Part shown: piece by piece, positions 1 through 8,579 of the stretch | Layout: every line of letters begins with the position of its first letter | How positions within the stretch are numbered: position 1 is the first letter of the stretch | Assembly: GCA_038740245.1 (NCBI GenBank) | Contig: JAVYLZ010000008.1 | Coordinates: 1-22,091 of the forward strand | Direction: 5' to 3' | From: Candidatus Micrarchaeia archaeon | Lineage (GTDB): Archaea > Micrarchaeota > Micrarchaeia > CAILAH01 | DNA length: 22,091 bases | Position numbers and translations under genes: made by a program | Notes under the pieces: generated by a model | Told to the model about the DNA's origin: nothing | The model's database searches: none | Seen by the model: the letters and a program-made list of their open reading frames with translations, nothing else

Positions 1-975
1 AAAAAGGTATACCTCTCAGTGAAAAGCGCGGGTGTTGGGCTTGCCGGGCAGGATGTTATATACATAAGCCAAGTTGCTGCTGAAACAAGCGTTCCTGTTT
101 CCATAGATGCAAGGAATGCCGAGGAAGGGCCGCAAAAGATTGAGTTTGCAATAAATTATGAGGATGAGCTTGGCAACTCATACTCGGATGTGCGCTCGCT
201 TCCCATCATTGTGAAAAAGGAAAGCGGCGATTTTGTGTTCACCCAGCTTAGCAGCATAACCACTGGCAAGGAGGGCAAGGTCCGGCTTGAAATGATAAAC
301 TACGGTGATGAGATACAGAACCTGAGGTTCTCAATTGACGGCAACAGCGTGCAGCTTATCGGCCTCAGTGAGTACAAGATGGGTGATGTGGGGCGCGAAG
401 AGCGCAAGGTTGTTGAAGTCCCGATTATTGCAAACGTTGAGCCGGGCACCACGCCTGTGAAGCTTAAGCTGAAATGGACTGAGAAGGGGCAGAGCAGGGA
501 AAGCACGAAGGTTGTGCCATTGCGCGTAAGCTCGGATGCCGATGTCGGTGTATACCTTGAGGCAAAGCCCGCACCGCTTTACACAAATTCAGAGCACACA
601 ATATCAATAACCGTGTCTAACCTTGGCTCGTATCCCATACAGGCGACAACTGTATCGCTTTCAGGTGAGGGAATTGAGCTCCTGAGCATACAGCCCGAGC
701 AGTATGTTGGCGGCCTGAGCAAGGATGACTTCAGCAGCGTGCAGTACAAGATAAGGACCAATGATGCTGAGGGGCAGCACCCGCTTACAATAACGGTGAG
801 GTACAAGGATGCCAGCGGCGAGCAGATGGAAAAGGTGGTTAAGACAAACGTGCAGGTGAACCGCCTGGTAAAGCAGAACGGCTACGGCATTGAGCTCGTG
901 GTTGCCGCACTTGCAGTTGTGGGCATAGCGGTATACTGGCTTTTTTTCAGGCAGAAAAAAGCTGAAAGGCGGTAG
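1..975 (+). CDS. COG1361-type S-layer-domain/Ig-like surface protein with C-terminal membrane anchor (5'-truncated by window edge)
   Basis: Frame 1 is open from base 1, so the GTG at 19 is probably not the true start. Repeated CARDB-like beta-sandwich units (e.g. ITVSNLG...YVGGL...SSVQYKI...HPLTITVRYKD), a C-terminal TM helix (IELVVAALAVVGIAVYWLFF) and a basic tail. This family typically lies next to MacB/FtsX ABC permeases in archaea. Confidence 0.8.
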   Translation, partial: KKVYLSVKSAGVGLAGQDVIYISQVAAETSVPVSIDARNAEEGPQKIEFAINYEDELGNSYSDVRSLPIIVKKESGDFVFTQLSSITTGKEGKVRLEMINYGDEIQNLRFSIDGNSVQLIGLSEYKMGDVGREERKVVEVPIIANVEPGTTPVKLKLKWTEKGQSRESTKVVPLRVSSDADVGVYLEAKPAPLYTNSEHTISITVSNLGSYPIQATTVSLSGEGIELLSIQPEQYVGGLSKDDFSSVQYKIRTNDAEGQHPLTITVRYKDASGEQMEKVVKTNVQVNRLVKQNGYGIELVVAALAVVGIAVYWLFFRQKKAERR

Positions 976-987
976 CCGGGTTGTGCG

Positions 988-2220
988 GTGCCTGCAATGA
1001 AATTGGCTGAGCGGTTTGAATATGCCATGCACAACCTCCGCTATAGGCAGCTGAGGACATGGCTTACCGTTCTGGGGATAGTTGTAGGCATTGCCACAAT
1101 TATCATCCTTATCAGCCTGGCAGGCGGGCTGAAGGCCAGCGTTGAGAAGCAGCTTTCAAGCCTTGACCCGCGCGTCATAGTCATCCTGCCGAGCAGTGCC
1201 GGGATGGGTGGCATACCAAGCGGCGGTGGCGGCATGGGCACATTCATGCTGACCGCGGGCAAGCTTTACGAGCGCGACTACCAAAAAGTCAGGGCTGTAA
1301 ACGGTGTTGACAAGATTGCTAAGGCGGTAAGCAACCGTGCGCCGATTAAGTACGGTGATGAGATAATTTCGGCGCAGGTTGCCGGCGTTGAGCCCGATGT
1401 AATACGCGAGGTCTCAACGATAAACATACAGGAGGGCAGGTTCCTGCAGCCTGGGGACCGTGGCGTTGTAGTGCTTGGGAATTCAATTGCAAACGACGCA
1501 TTTGACAAGAAGGTTAATTTGGGCTCGGTAATAGAGATTGCCGGCAGGAAATTCACTGTTGTGGGCATAACCGAGAAGAGCGGGGCATCAATGGTAAACT
1601 TTGACAATACACTGTTCATACCCTTTGATGAGGGGCGGCAGATATTTGGGGAGTTGCTTGTGCAGAATGAGATTTCAATGATGCAGGTGCTTGTGGCAGA
1701 AGGGTATAACACAAGCGAGGTGCGGAAAGAGATTGAGGATGTGCTGCTGCAGTCGCACCGCCTGAGCGTTGATGAAAAGGATTTTACAGTGCTTGACGCA
1801 CGCGCAGTCGGTGAGCAGGTGGACAGCGTAATCGGGGTTCTCACCCTGTTCCTAGGTGCCGTGGCACTGATTGCGCTTGCAGTGGGGACTATTGGCGTGT
1901 CAAATACCATGTTTATGGCCGTGATGGAGCGCACGCACGAGATTGGCGTGCTAAAGGCCATAGGCGCCACAAACAGGGACATTATGCTGACATTCATTAT
2001 TGAAGCGGGCATCATCGGGCTTGTGGGTGGCATACTCGGCATACTGTTTGGCACATTGTTCTCCCTGTCGCTCGGCTATTTTGGCATAAAAACCATGGTT
2101 ACAATTGAGCTTATAGTAGGGAGCTCGCTGTTTGCGTTTGCTGTGGGCGTTGTTGCGGGCATCATACCTGCAAAAAACGCCTCCGAGATACCTGCAATAG
2201 AGGCATTGAGGTATGAGTGA
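988..2220 (+). CDS. ABC transporter permease, MacB/FtsX family
   Basis: RTWLTVLGIVVGIATII TM1, large extracytoplasmic domain (GRFL..GD...VVLG), ERTHEIGVLKAIGA motif, three further TMs, C-terminal PAIEALRYE. Start is GTG 988 or ATG 997. Confidence 0.92.
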   Translation: MPAMKLAERFEYAMHNLRYRQLRTWLTVLGIVVGIATIIILISLAGGLKASVEKQLSSLDPRVIVILPSSAGMGGIPSGGGGMGTFMLTAGKLYERDYQKVRAVNGVDKIAKAVSNRAPIKYGDEIISAQVAGVEPDVIREVSTINIQEGRFLQPGDRGVVVLGNSIANDAFDKKVNLGSVIEIAGRKFTVVGITEKSGASMVNFDNTLFIPFDEGRQIFGELLVQNEISMMQVLVAEGYNTSEVRKEIEDVLLQSHRLSVDEKDFTVLDARAVGEQVDSVIGVLTLFLGAVALIALAVGTIGVSNTMFMAVMERTHEIGVLKAIGATNRDIMLTFIIEAGIIGLVGGILGILFGTLFSLSLGYFGIKTMVTIELIVGSSLFAFAVGVVAGIIPAKNASEIPAIEALRYE

Positions 2221-2222
2221 AC

Positions 2223-3437
2223 ATGCGCCTTTATGACATGCTTGTTTATTCGGTGAAATACCTGCGGACACAAAAGCTGCGCTCATGGCTGACAATAATC
2301 GGGATTGTAATAGGTGTTGCAACAATTGTCACGCTTGTGTCTGTTGGTGACGGCGTAAAGCAGGATGTTGAGTCGCAGATGTCGCAGATGGGCGATAATG
2401 TCATTATGGTTGTCCCCGTCAATATCGGTAGCGCTTCCTTAACGAGCCTTGCAAGGACAACAACTGCCGGCAAGCTTTACGAGCGCGACTATGAGAAGGT
2501 TATGTCAACGCCAGGCATAACAAAAGGAGCACGGCTCATTATAGGGAGGACCTCAGTGCAGTTCAAGGATAAGGTTGTCACGTCGCCCGTGTATGCAATT
2601 GACAGCACATTGTTTGAAGCATATCCAGAATACCTTGAGCTGGAGAGCGGGCGGTATTACAACGACAATGAGAAAAATGTCGTCGTGCTCGGGTATGATG
2701 CCGCAAACGAGCTGTTCGGCAAGGATAAGGTAAAAGTGAACAGCATTATACAAATAGGCGGCCAGGACTTTAGGGTAATCGGCATCCTAAAGGAGATTGG
2801 GACATCGCTGTCAACTTCTGATGACCTGGCCATCTACGTGCCAGTGCGTGCGGGCCGCGACCTTTTCAAGTCGGTTGTCGCGCAAAACGAGGTTACAATA
2901 ATTTATGCAATGGTTGACGAGGGTTATGACGTAAATTTGGTGAAGGAGAGGATTGAGGCGCAGATTGATGCAAACCACCACGTCAATGCCGATACGCGTG
3001 ACTATTCCGTGATAACCGCTGAATTCATCAGGAAAACCGTGGACCAGGTGCTCAGCACGCTTACCGTGTTCCTGCTTCTCATTTCATCGGTATCCGCGGT
3101 GGTGGGCGGCATCGGCATCTCAAACACCATGTTTATGAGCGTGCTTGACCGCACACGTGAGATAGGAGTGCTAAAATCTTTAGGCGCAAAAAACAACGAA
3201 ATACTTTTGCTGTTCATAATTGAGGCAATAATAATCGGGCTGATAGGCGGGATAATTGGCTGCACGCTCGGCATCCTAGCCGTTGAGGTGATTAAGGGAT
3301 TTGGCATAATGGCAATAGTAAGCCCGCAGCTAATTGTGCTGGTGCTTATATTTTCAATGGGGATTGGCGCTGTAGCGGGCGCAATACCCGCACGCAATGC
3401 ATCCAAAGTTCCGCCGGTTGAGGCATTAAACTACTAA
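2223..3437 (+). CDS. ABC transporter permease, MacB/FtsX family (paralog of the upstream gene)
   Basis: RSWLTIIGIVIGVATIV, DRTREIGVLKSLGA, PPVEALNY. Shares TAGKLYERDY with the upstream paralog. ATG 2223 chosen; GTG 2217, overlapping the upstream stop, is the alternative. No ATPase subunit in the window. Confidence 0.92.
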   Translation: MRLYDMLVYSVKYLRTQKLRSWLTIIGIVIGVATIVTLVSVGDGVKQDVESQMSQMGDNVIMVVPVNIGSASLTSLARTTTAGKLYERDYEKVMSTPGITKGARLIIGRTSVQFKDKVVTSPVYAIDSTLFEAYPEYLELESGRYYNDNEKNVVVLGYDAANELFGKDKVKVNSIIQIGGQDFRVIGILKEIGTSLSTSDDLAIYVPVRAGRDLFKSVVAQNEVTIIYAMVDEGYDVNLVKERIEAQIDANHHVNADTRDYSVITAEFIRKTVDQVLSTLTVFLLLISSVSAVVGGIGISNTMFMSVLDRTREIGVLKSLGAKNNEILLLFIIEAIIIGLIGGIIGCTLGILAVEVIKGFGIMAIVSPQLIVLVLIFSMGIGAVAGAIPARNASKVPPVEALNY

Positions 3438-3493
3438 TCACGCGCAAGTGGCCGCCTGCGCTCACCCGCATATCTCTTGAGGCATTGAACTAC
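3418..3493 (+). repeat. 17-bp direct repeat (1 mismatch) duplicating the permease 3' end
   Basis: TTGAGGCATTAAACTAC at 3418-3434 versus TTGAGGCATTGAACTAC at 3477-3493. Confidence 0.75.
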
Positions 3494-3507
3494 CCTGCAT
3501 CAAAGCA

Positions 3508-3515
3508 TTTTTAAT
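3508..3515 (+). promoter_or_regulatory. Putative TATA box for the leader plus tRNA-Ser transcript
   Basis: TTTTTAAT preceded by purine-rich CAAAG (BRE-like). It is the only TATA-like element between the permease and the tRNA and predicts a start near 3537. Confidence 0.5.
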
Positions 3516-3536
3516 CCCTTCACACCTAAATCGTGG

Positions 3537-3663
3537 TGTTGCCGATGGCAACAAGTTGTAGGCATCGCCTACAACCCATTTCGCGAATGCGAAAGTGCGG
3601 GGCCGCTGGAGCCAACAAAATACGGTCGCTGGGGGTTGCGAAGGGGCCGCTGGAGCCCCTTCG
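3537..3663 (+). repeat. Hairpin-packed palindromic element directly upstream of tRNA-Ser
   Basis: Hairpins TGTTGCC-GAT-GGCAACA (3537-3553), GTTGTAGGC-ATC-GCCTACAAC (3555-3575), TTTCGC-GAAT-GCGAAA (3579-3594) and CGAAGGGGC-CGCTGGA-GCCCCTTCG (3639-3663). 15-nt direct repeat GGGGCCGCTGGAGCC at 3599-3613 and 3643-3657. Confidence 0.8.
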
Positions 3664-3747
3664 GCCGAGGTGGCAGAATCCGGTAATGCGCCAGACTCGA
3701 GATCTGGTGCCCGCAAGGGCTTAGGAGTTCAAATCTCCTCCTCGGCG
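3664..3747 (+). tRNA. tRNA-Ser (anticodon CGA)
   Basis: Acceptor GCCGAGG/CCTCGGC plus G discriminator; anticodon arm CCAGA-CTCGAGA-TCTGG; long variable arm GCCC-GCAA-GGGC; T arm AGGAG-TTCAAAT-CTCCT; CCA not encoded. Confidence 0.97.
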
Positions 3748-3748
3748 C

Positions 3749-3762
3749 TTTTTTTTAAAAAA
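3749..3762. terminator. Probable bidirectional oligo-T terminator
   Basis: T8 follows tRNA-Ser on the plus strand; A6 (T6 on the minus strand) directly follows the stop of the convergent HD gene. Confidence 0.65.
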
Positions 3763-4920
3763 TCAGCGGTAAGAATCTATTATGGAGTGTGCCTTTTTTG
3801 AGACGGACTCACGTTTTTCCTCGGGGACTGCAATAAAGAGCATCCGCTTTTTCTCAGAGGCATCGCATATGGACTTGACAACTTCGGAAATTTCAGATAG
3901 CTCGCGCACCTCGGACTTGCCTTTTACTGAAACTGCAATTGGCTTGTAGCTGCTATACGTATAATAACTCACTATTTCCTCGCTTGCAAGGCCGCACGAT
4001 GCACATATCTCATCCTCAAGGCCTGAAAGGAATTTTTCATCAATGACATTTTTCAGTCGCTCTGGTATCTCATACCCCCGCAGGACAAGGGCTGCTTTGT
4101 AAAGCTTTCTTGTAACCAGGCGCGCGGCGAGAAGACCGGCCTGGGGGTGCTGCGCAAGGGATTGCAGGCATTCAATATCAGTCATCTCTGCAAGCTCGCG
4201 CGCACTGAATAGCCCGTCACTATACGCGAGGTCCATCGCCTTCCGCAGCATTGCTGATGAAATGCCAACCGCCTTGTGCTGGTACAGTGCAGAGAACATC
4301 ATGAACCGCGAAACCACAAGCGACTCTGCCGCCTCAATCCCCTTCTCGGAAATCAGCAGGTCGCCGTTATTGCCTATTGACATTGACGTGAGCAGGCGCT
4401 CATAATCAAGCCGGCCATACATAACCCCGGAATAATACGAGTCCCTCATAAGGTAGTCTATGCGGTCTATACCAAGCGTGCCTGTAAGCAGCTTTCCTTT
4501 GCCCCTGCCTGCAACACAGTCTGCAACAGCACGAGGGGAGATGCCCGCGCGCTCAAGTATGTCCGCCACGTGGCTCGTTCGTATCTTTTCCTCTGAAAAA
4601 TGCTCGTGTGAGAGCCCCTCCTTCTCAAATATATACTCGCTCTCATGCGAGAACGGCCCGTGGCCCACATCATGAAGCAGTGCTGCACACGCAATCTCGT
4701 GGTCCAAAGGCAGCTCGTTTATCTCGTGAAACCGCTTGGCAAGGAACAGTGTGCCAAGCGAATGCTCAAACCGCGTATGGTTTGCGCCGGGGTAGACCAA
4801 ATAACCAAGCGCAATCTGCTTGATATACCTGAGCCGCTGCATCTGCGGCGTATCCATAAGCTGGATTTCCAAATCAGAAAGCTTGACAAAGTTGTAAAGC
4901 GCATCCTTAACAAGCTTCAT
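3763..4920 (-). CDS. HD-domain phosphohydrolase, SAMHD1/dGTPase-like (COG1078 type)
   Basis: QRLRYIKQ...YLVYPGANHTRFEHSLG, LLHDVGHGPFSH, IDRIDYLMRD and R..MF..LY.HK motifs. Confidence 0.92.
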   Translation of the reverse strand: MKLVKDALYNFVKLSDLEIQLMDTPQMQRLRYIKQIALGYLVYPGANHTRFEHSLGTLFLAKRFHEINELPLDHEIACAALLHDVGHGPFSHESEYIFEKEGLSHEHFSEEKIRTSHVADILERAGISPRAVADCVAGRGKGKLLTGTLGIDRIDYLMRDSYYSGVMYGRLDYERLLTSMSIGNNGDLLISEKGIEAAESLVVSRFMMFSALYQHKAVGISSAMLRKAMDLAYSDGLFSARELAEMTDIECLQSLAQHPQAGLLAARLVTRKLYKAALVLRGYEIPERLKNVIDEKFLSGLEDEICASCGLASEEIVSYYTYSSYKPIAVSVKGKSEVRELSEISEVVKSICDASEKKRMLFIAVPEEKRESVSKKAHSIIDSYR

Positions 4921-5772
4921 TTAAACCAGCTCATACCGGCCCCGCGATTTCTCAATCACTTCAGATTCCTCAAGCATAAACGTAAGCACGCCCTTGCAAA
5001 GTAGCTCATCAAGCGATGTGCCCTTGCTGATCTCACCGAGTGTTGAGCGCTTATTTTCCTGAAGGAATTTTGAGATTACCGCGTGCGCCTGTGAAAACTT
5101 TTGCGAGGTAAATATGTAATATTTTGAGTCAAACCCGCGTATGCCGCGAACCTCACCCGCTTTTATCTTGTCACGCAGGCTGTACGACACGGATTTTGCA
5201 AGCTCATCATTATCCAGGGTTACGAACCCCTGCTTTTCAAGCTGTGACAGCAGCGCCTGCACGCCCTTGCCGGCCTCCACCGGTGACGGTGCGGCCGTCT
5301 GCTCAGGGGGACTGCGCACTGCAAGGCCATAAGCATCCTTTGGTATTGTGTAAACGCCTTCCTTGGAATACTTGCCCTCTTTGTAAACGCGCACCACACC
5401 CTTATCAATGAGCGTGCGCAGGCTCGCCTTCTCACTCTCAGAAAGCTTTGGGAGGATAGATGAGGGGGCACGCTGCTCAAACCGCACGGATGCCAGGCGC
5501 TTAAGAAGCGAAAGCTCATCTTCTGAGAGGGTGGGCGGGGCCTTCCCGCTTTTTTGCGGGGCATCCTCACCGCCAACCGGTGGCTCAAGTATGGAGCTCC
5601 GTATCTTCTGCCTTAAATGCTCCTTGAACGAGGATTTCCGTATTACGGCGAGCATCCCTTTTTCAAGTGTCACAACATAAACATCTTCACCCTCCTGAAA
5701 CCCTGCATTATGGAGCTGGCTTTTCTTTACTATTATCGCGCATGAATCGCTGTCATGCTCAACTATCTTCAT
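4921..5772 (-). CDS. Hypothetical protein, probable N-terminal AbrB/MazE-like domain and winged-helix domains
   Basis: 283 aa, tightly coupled to both neighbours (TAATG overlap at 5772, abutting at 4920/4921). N-terminus AIIVKK..L.NAGFQEGEDVYVV resembles a swapped-hairpin domain; C-terminus TLGEISKGTSLD...L..MLEESEVIEKSRGRYELV resembles a wHTH. Confidence 0.65.
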   Translation of the reverse strand: MKIVEHDSDSCAIIVKKSQLHNAGFQEGEDVYVVTLEKGMLAVIRKSSFKEHLRQKIRSSILEPPVGGEDAPQKSGKAPPTLSEDELSLLKRLASVRFEQRAPSSILPKLSESEKASLRTLIDKGVVRVYKEGKYSKEGVYTIPKDAYGLAVRSPPEQTAAPSPVEAGKGVQALLSQLEKQGFVTLDNDELAKSVSYSLRDKIKAGEVRGIRGFDSKYYIFTSQKFSQAHAVISKFLQENKRSTLGEISKGTSLDELLCKGVLTFMLEESEVIEKSRGRYELV

Positions 5773-6371
5773 TATACCATCTCCACAACTTCGCCGCTGC
5801 TCCCTTTTTGCGTAAACACGCGCGCTGTGAACACGTATACCTTGGCTGCAGGATTGTTTGGCTGCATGCCCGCCTTGTTGAACGCGCGTGCAAGCGCCCT
5901 CTCAGGTGTAAGTGACTGTGCACGTATCTCACGCGGCAAAAGCACGCCTGCGTTTATCGGGCCTTCAACATAAAGCCCATACACACGCTCATCCCCAACG
6001 GCGGACAGGTCCTTGTGCGGCCCGGAGACCTTCCGTATCAGCGTAAGCTCAAGCGTAATGCTGTCCAGCTCCTCAAGCGTAATGTGCCTGTAGCGGGGAT
6101 CCTCGCTGGCTGCAGCTATCGCACAATCTATGGCTGCAAGGTTAAGCTGCCGTGTAGTCCCAAGAAATCCCATACTGCCGCGTACGTTTCCTTCCTTGTC
6201 CAGCAGTGTGACGAACACACCGCACGCACCGGTTCGCGAGTTGCCTGCCGGTATCGGGTAAGATACCCTGCCCTGCGAAAGGAATACTGCAAGGGATTTG
6301 CGTATGCTGTCAAAAAGCGGCTCAATGTCCTGCTTAAGCAAAAGCCTTTCTGCGAACCTGCTGACCGCCAT
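5772..6371 (-). CDS. AMMECR1-domain protein
   Basis: GVFVTL....VRGSMGF, AIAAASEDPRY..I..EEL..I.LELTLI, GVLLP and KAG motifs. The usual LRGCIG appears as VRGSMG. Confidence 0.88.
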   Translation of the reverse strand: MAVSRFAERLLLKQDIEPLFDSIRKSLAVFLSQGRVSYPIPAGNSRTGACGVFVTLLDKEGNVRGSMGFLGTTRQLNLAAIDCAIAAASEDPRYRHITLEELDSITLELTLIRKVSGPHKDLSAVGDERVYGLYVEGPINAGVLLPREIRAQSLTPERALARAFNKAGMQPNNPAAKVYVFTARVFTQKGSSGEVVEMV

Positions 6372-6433
6372 GCTGTAAATTGGCCCGCAAACAATTAAAT
6401 ACGCAAAAAATTACTGTAAGCCATATTGGATAA

Positions 6434-6595
6434 TTAGCCTATAATCATCCTAAGCACTGCAACGCCCACTATTATAACGATTGCAGCGATTAGCACATGC
6501 TGCGGTTCAACCTGTATGCCGCCACCCGTGCCGACATCGCTGAACCTCATGAGCCCTGCGCTTGAAGCAGGTGTTGATATCCTGAACTTGCCCAT
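6434..6595 (-). CDS. secG: Preprotein translocase subunit Sec61beta (archaeal SecG/Secbeta); below the ORF-track length cutoff
   Basis: Manual translation gives MGKFRISTPASSAGLMRFSDVGTGGGIQVEPQHVLIAAIVIIVGVAVLRMIIG* (53 aa), with the SAGL.RF motif, I.V.P..V and a single C-terminal TM. Confidence 0.9.
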   Translation of the reverse strand: MGKFRISTPASSAGLMRFSDVGTGGGIQVEPQHVLIAAIVIIVGVAVLRMIIG

Positions 6596-6636
6596 AGCAA
6601 CCACTTGTATTAAAATGGGTAATAATAAAAAGGTAA

Positions 6637-8577
6637 TTACCTGTGGCCTTCCTTGGCACGCTTGAGCCGCTGCATCTTTTCCTCAAGCTCGCGCTTGAGC
6701 TCGTCAACCTCGCTTTCCATAAGGCTGATTTCGTCGGCTGGCTTTGGCTGCTCTCTGGGCTGCTCGGGCTTGCCGACAACTACTACCTCCTTCTGTGGCT
6801 GCGGCTGCGTTTCTGGCCCGGCTGCGCTCTTTTCATCGGGATCCGGTAGCTTGCCAGCCAGGAATGTGTACACCACAAAGAACAGTGCGGCCGCAAGTAT
6901 TATGCCGCCCACTACCAGCCAAAGCGGCATCGTTGCGCGGATTGCATCAGCGGGCGATATCTCGCCTGCAAACGCCGCAAATATTGTGCCAAGAATGCTG
7001 CGCTCAGGGCCCTGCGGCTGGCTTTCATTGCCCTCCTGCCCGCCACCAACTATTGGGACTATTGGCTTGGGCTGGCTGCCGTTTGTCGGTGCGCCCGGCT
7101 TTTCAACGGCCTCAAACTCTGTATCGCCCACTATGGCATACTTAGCTGAGACAATCTTGTACTTGCCTGCAACGTGCGGCGTAAACTTGGCCTCACCCTT
7201 CCTGCTGGTCACAAGCGATACCTTTGTACCGTCCGGCCATACAAGGGTGAGCACTATGCCCTTCAGCGGGTCGCTGTTTGAGTCAAGCACAGTGACTGTA
7301 ACCTCCTCACCCACATATCCTTTTGTGGGCATGATTACCTTAACAGTGCTTGGTGCGCCCGTATTGCTTGTTGTGTTGCCGCCTGCAGGGGGCACAGTGG
7401 GTGTTGACGGGGCGGTTGTGGTTGGGCTGCTTGTGTTTGTGCTGGTGGATGTGCCAGGCTTCGGCTTATCCTTGTCCTTTTCCTCTTCCTGCTTCGTCAC
7501 TGAAACTGTAATTGTATCGTTAAGTGCCGGGTTGGGATTGTATACCGCGGTTATGTGTGCAGTGCACGCACTTGACGGCGCCGTAAACGTGCTGCCACTG
7601 ATGGCACCGCACGTGGTTGTATATGCAACGTCATTTGTTGCCCAGCGGTTTGAATATGCATCCTCAAGGTACGATGAGAGCGTTGCCTGCTGGCCAACCC
7701 TTACCGAATTGCTGCTTGCAGTAAGGTCAAGGCGCTTGGGCTCGCCGTGCACAATAGTGAGGGTGGCACTCCCAGTCACACCCAGGAATGTTGCACGGAC
7801 GGTCCTGCTGCCCGCATTTGCTGCAATCAGGGCCGGCAGGTAAAGTGCGCCTGCATTGCCGGTATCCCATGTGGCAGACATTGTTACGTCCTCATCATGG
7901 CCGTCATTGTAATGCGCAACCGCGCTGAGCGTTGCCTCATCGCCTGCCGTGAGTGTGGTATCTGATGCCTGCACCGCAACTGAGACGACTACCGGCATCG
8001 TGTTTATGGGTGACGAATCAAGAGCAGGACTAAGCTCTGCTGAATCCGCAGGCCCAAGCGAGACAGCCTGAGAGTTTGAGACATAAAACGGCGCCTCAAA
8101 CAAGATGTCATAATCGCCAGGAGAAAGCTGCATTGTGCCGGAGCACCCTGAAACAGCCTTAACAACTTCATTGCCGTTCTGTATCGCCTTTACAATGCAG
8201 CCGCTGATTTGCTGGCCGCTTGCATTTTTCACTGTGAATGTAACCTGCGCGTTTGGAACAACCAAAAGTGCACCCATGTTAAGTGTTTCAGATTCACCGA
8301 CAGTTGCAGTGAAATAGCCGTTGCTGTAGCCAGCACTAATTGTACGAATTGTATACGAACCGGATACGCTGTTTACTGTGAACGTGCCGGTTTCGCTGGA
8401 CTGCACTTGCGCTGCAAGCACGTTTTCCGAATCATAAACGTATATGCTTGCACCGGAGACAGGTGCACCGGACTGCATGTCAGTAACTGTTCCGGTTATT
8501 GAGCCGGCAAACACTGCACTGAAAAATGAAACTAGCACAAGCAGTGCCATTGCAATGGTGTTTTTTGCGGTCATCAT
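6637..8577 (-). CDS. Membrane-anchored surface protein with carboxypeptidase-regulatory-like and Ig-like (Big_2) domains
   Basis: Signal peptide (ALLVLVSFFSAVFA); GSITGTVTD..SGAPVSGA.I repeat type; Big_2-like LSAVAHYNDG..EDVT..ATW; T/S/P-rich linker; TM LWLVVGGIILAAALFFVVYTFL; cytoplasmic coiled-coil tail. AGGTGA RBS precedes ATG 8577/8574. Confidence 0.82.
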   Translation of the reverse strand: MMTAKNTIAMALLVLVSFFSAVFAGSITGTVTDMQSGAPVSGASIYVYDSENVLAAQVQSSETGTFTVNSVSGSYTIRTISAGYSNGYFTATVGESETLNMGALLVVPNAQVTFTVKNASGQQISGCIVKAIQNGNEVVKAVSGCSGTMQLSPGDYDILFEAPFYVSNSQAVSLGPADSAELSPALDSSPINTMPVVVSVAVQASDTTLTAGDEATLSAVAHYNDGHDEDVTMSATWDTGNAGALYLPALIAANAGSRTVRATFLGVTGSATLTIVHGEPKRLDLTASSNSVRVGQQATLSSYLEDAYSNRWATNDVAYTTTCGAISGSTFTAPSSACTAHITAVYNPNPALNDTITVSVTKQEEEKDKDKPKPGTSTSTNTSSPTTTAPSTPTVPPAGGNTTSNTGAPSTVKVIMPTKGYVGEEVTVTVLDSNSDPLKGIVLTLVWPDGTKVSLVTSRKGEAKFTPHVAGKYKIVSAKYAIVGDTEFEAVEKPGAPTNGSQPKPIVPIVGGGQEGNESQPQGPERSILGTIFAAFAGEISPADAIRATMPLWLVVGGIILAAALFFVVYTFLAGKLPDPDEKSAAGPETQPQPQKEVVVVGKPEQPREQPKPADEISLMESEVDELKRELEEKMQRLKRAKEGHR

Positions 8578-8579
8578 GA

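Noticed and set aside
3537..3663. SRP RNA, RNase P RNA or a split/permuted tRNA half
   Set aside because: No SRP helix 8 or RNase P P4 consensus, no T or D arm, and tRNA-Ser is already complete.
6653..7843. 396-aa plus-strand ORF and other antisense ORFs (e.g. 1278-2054, 12442-12963, 17513-18394)
   Set aside because: Shadow frames opposite well-supported genes, with no recognisable motifs.
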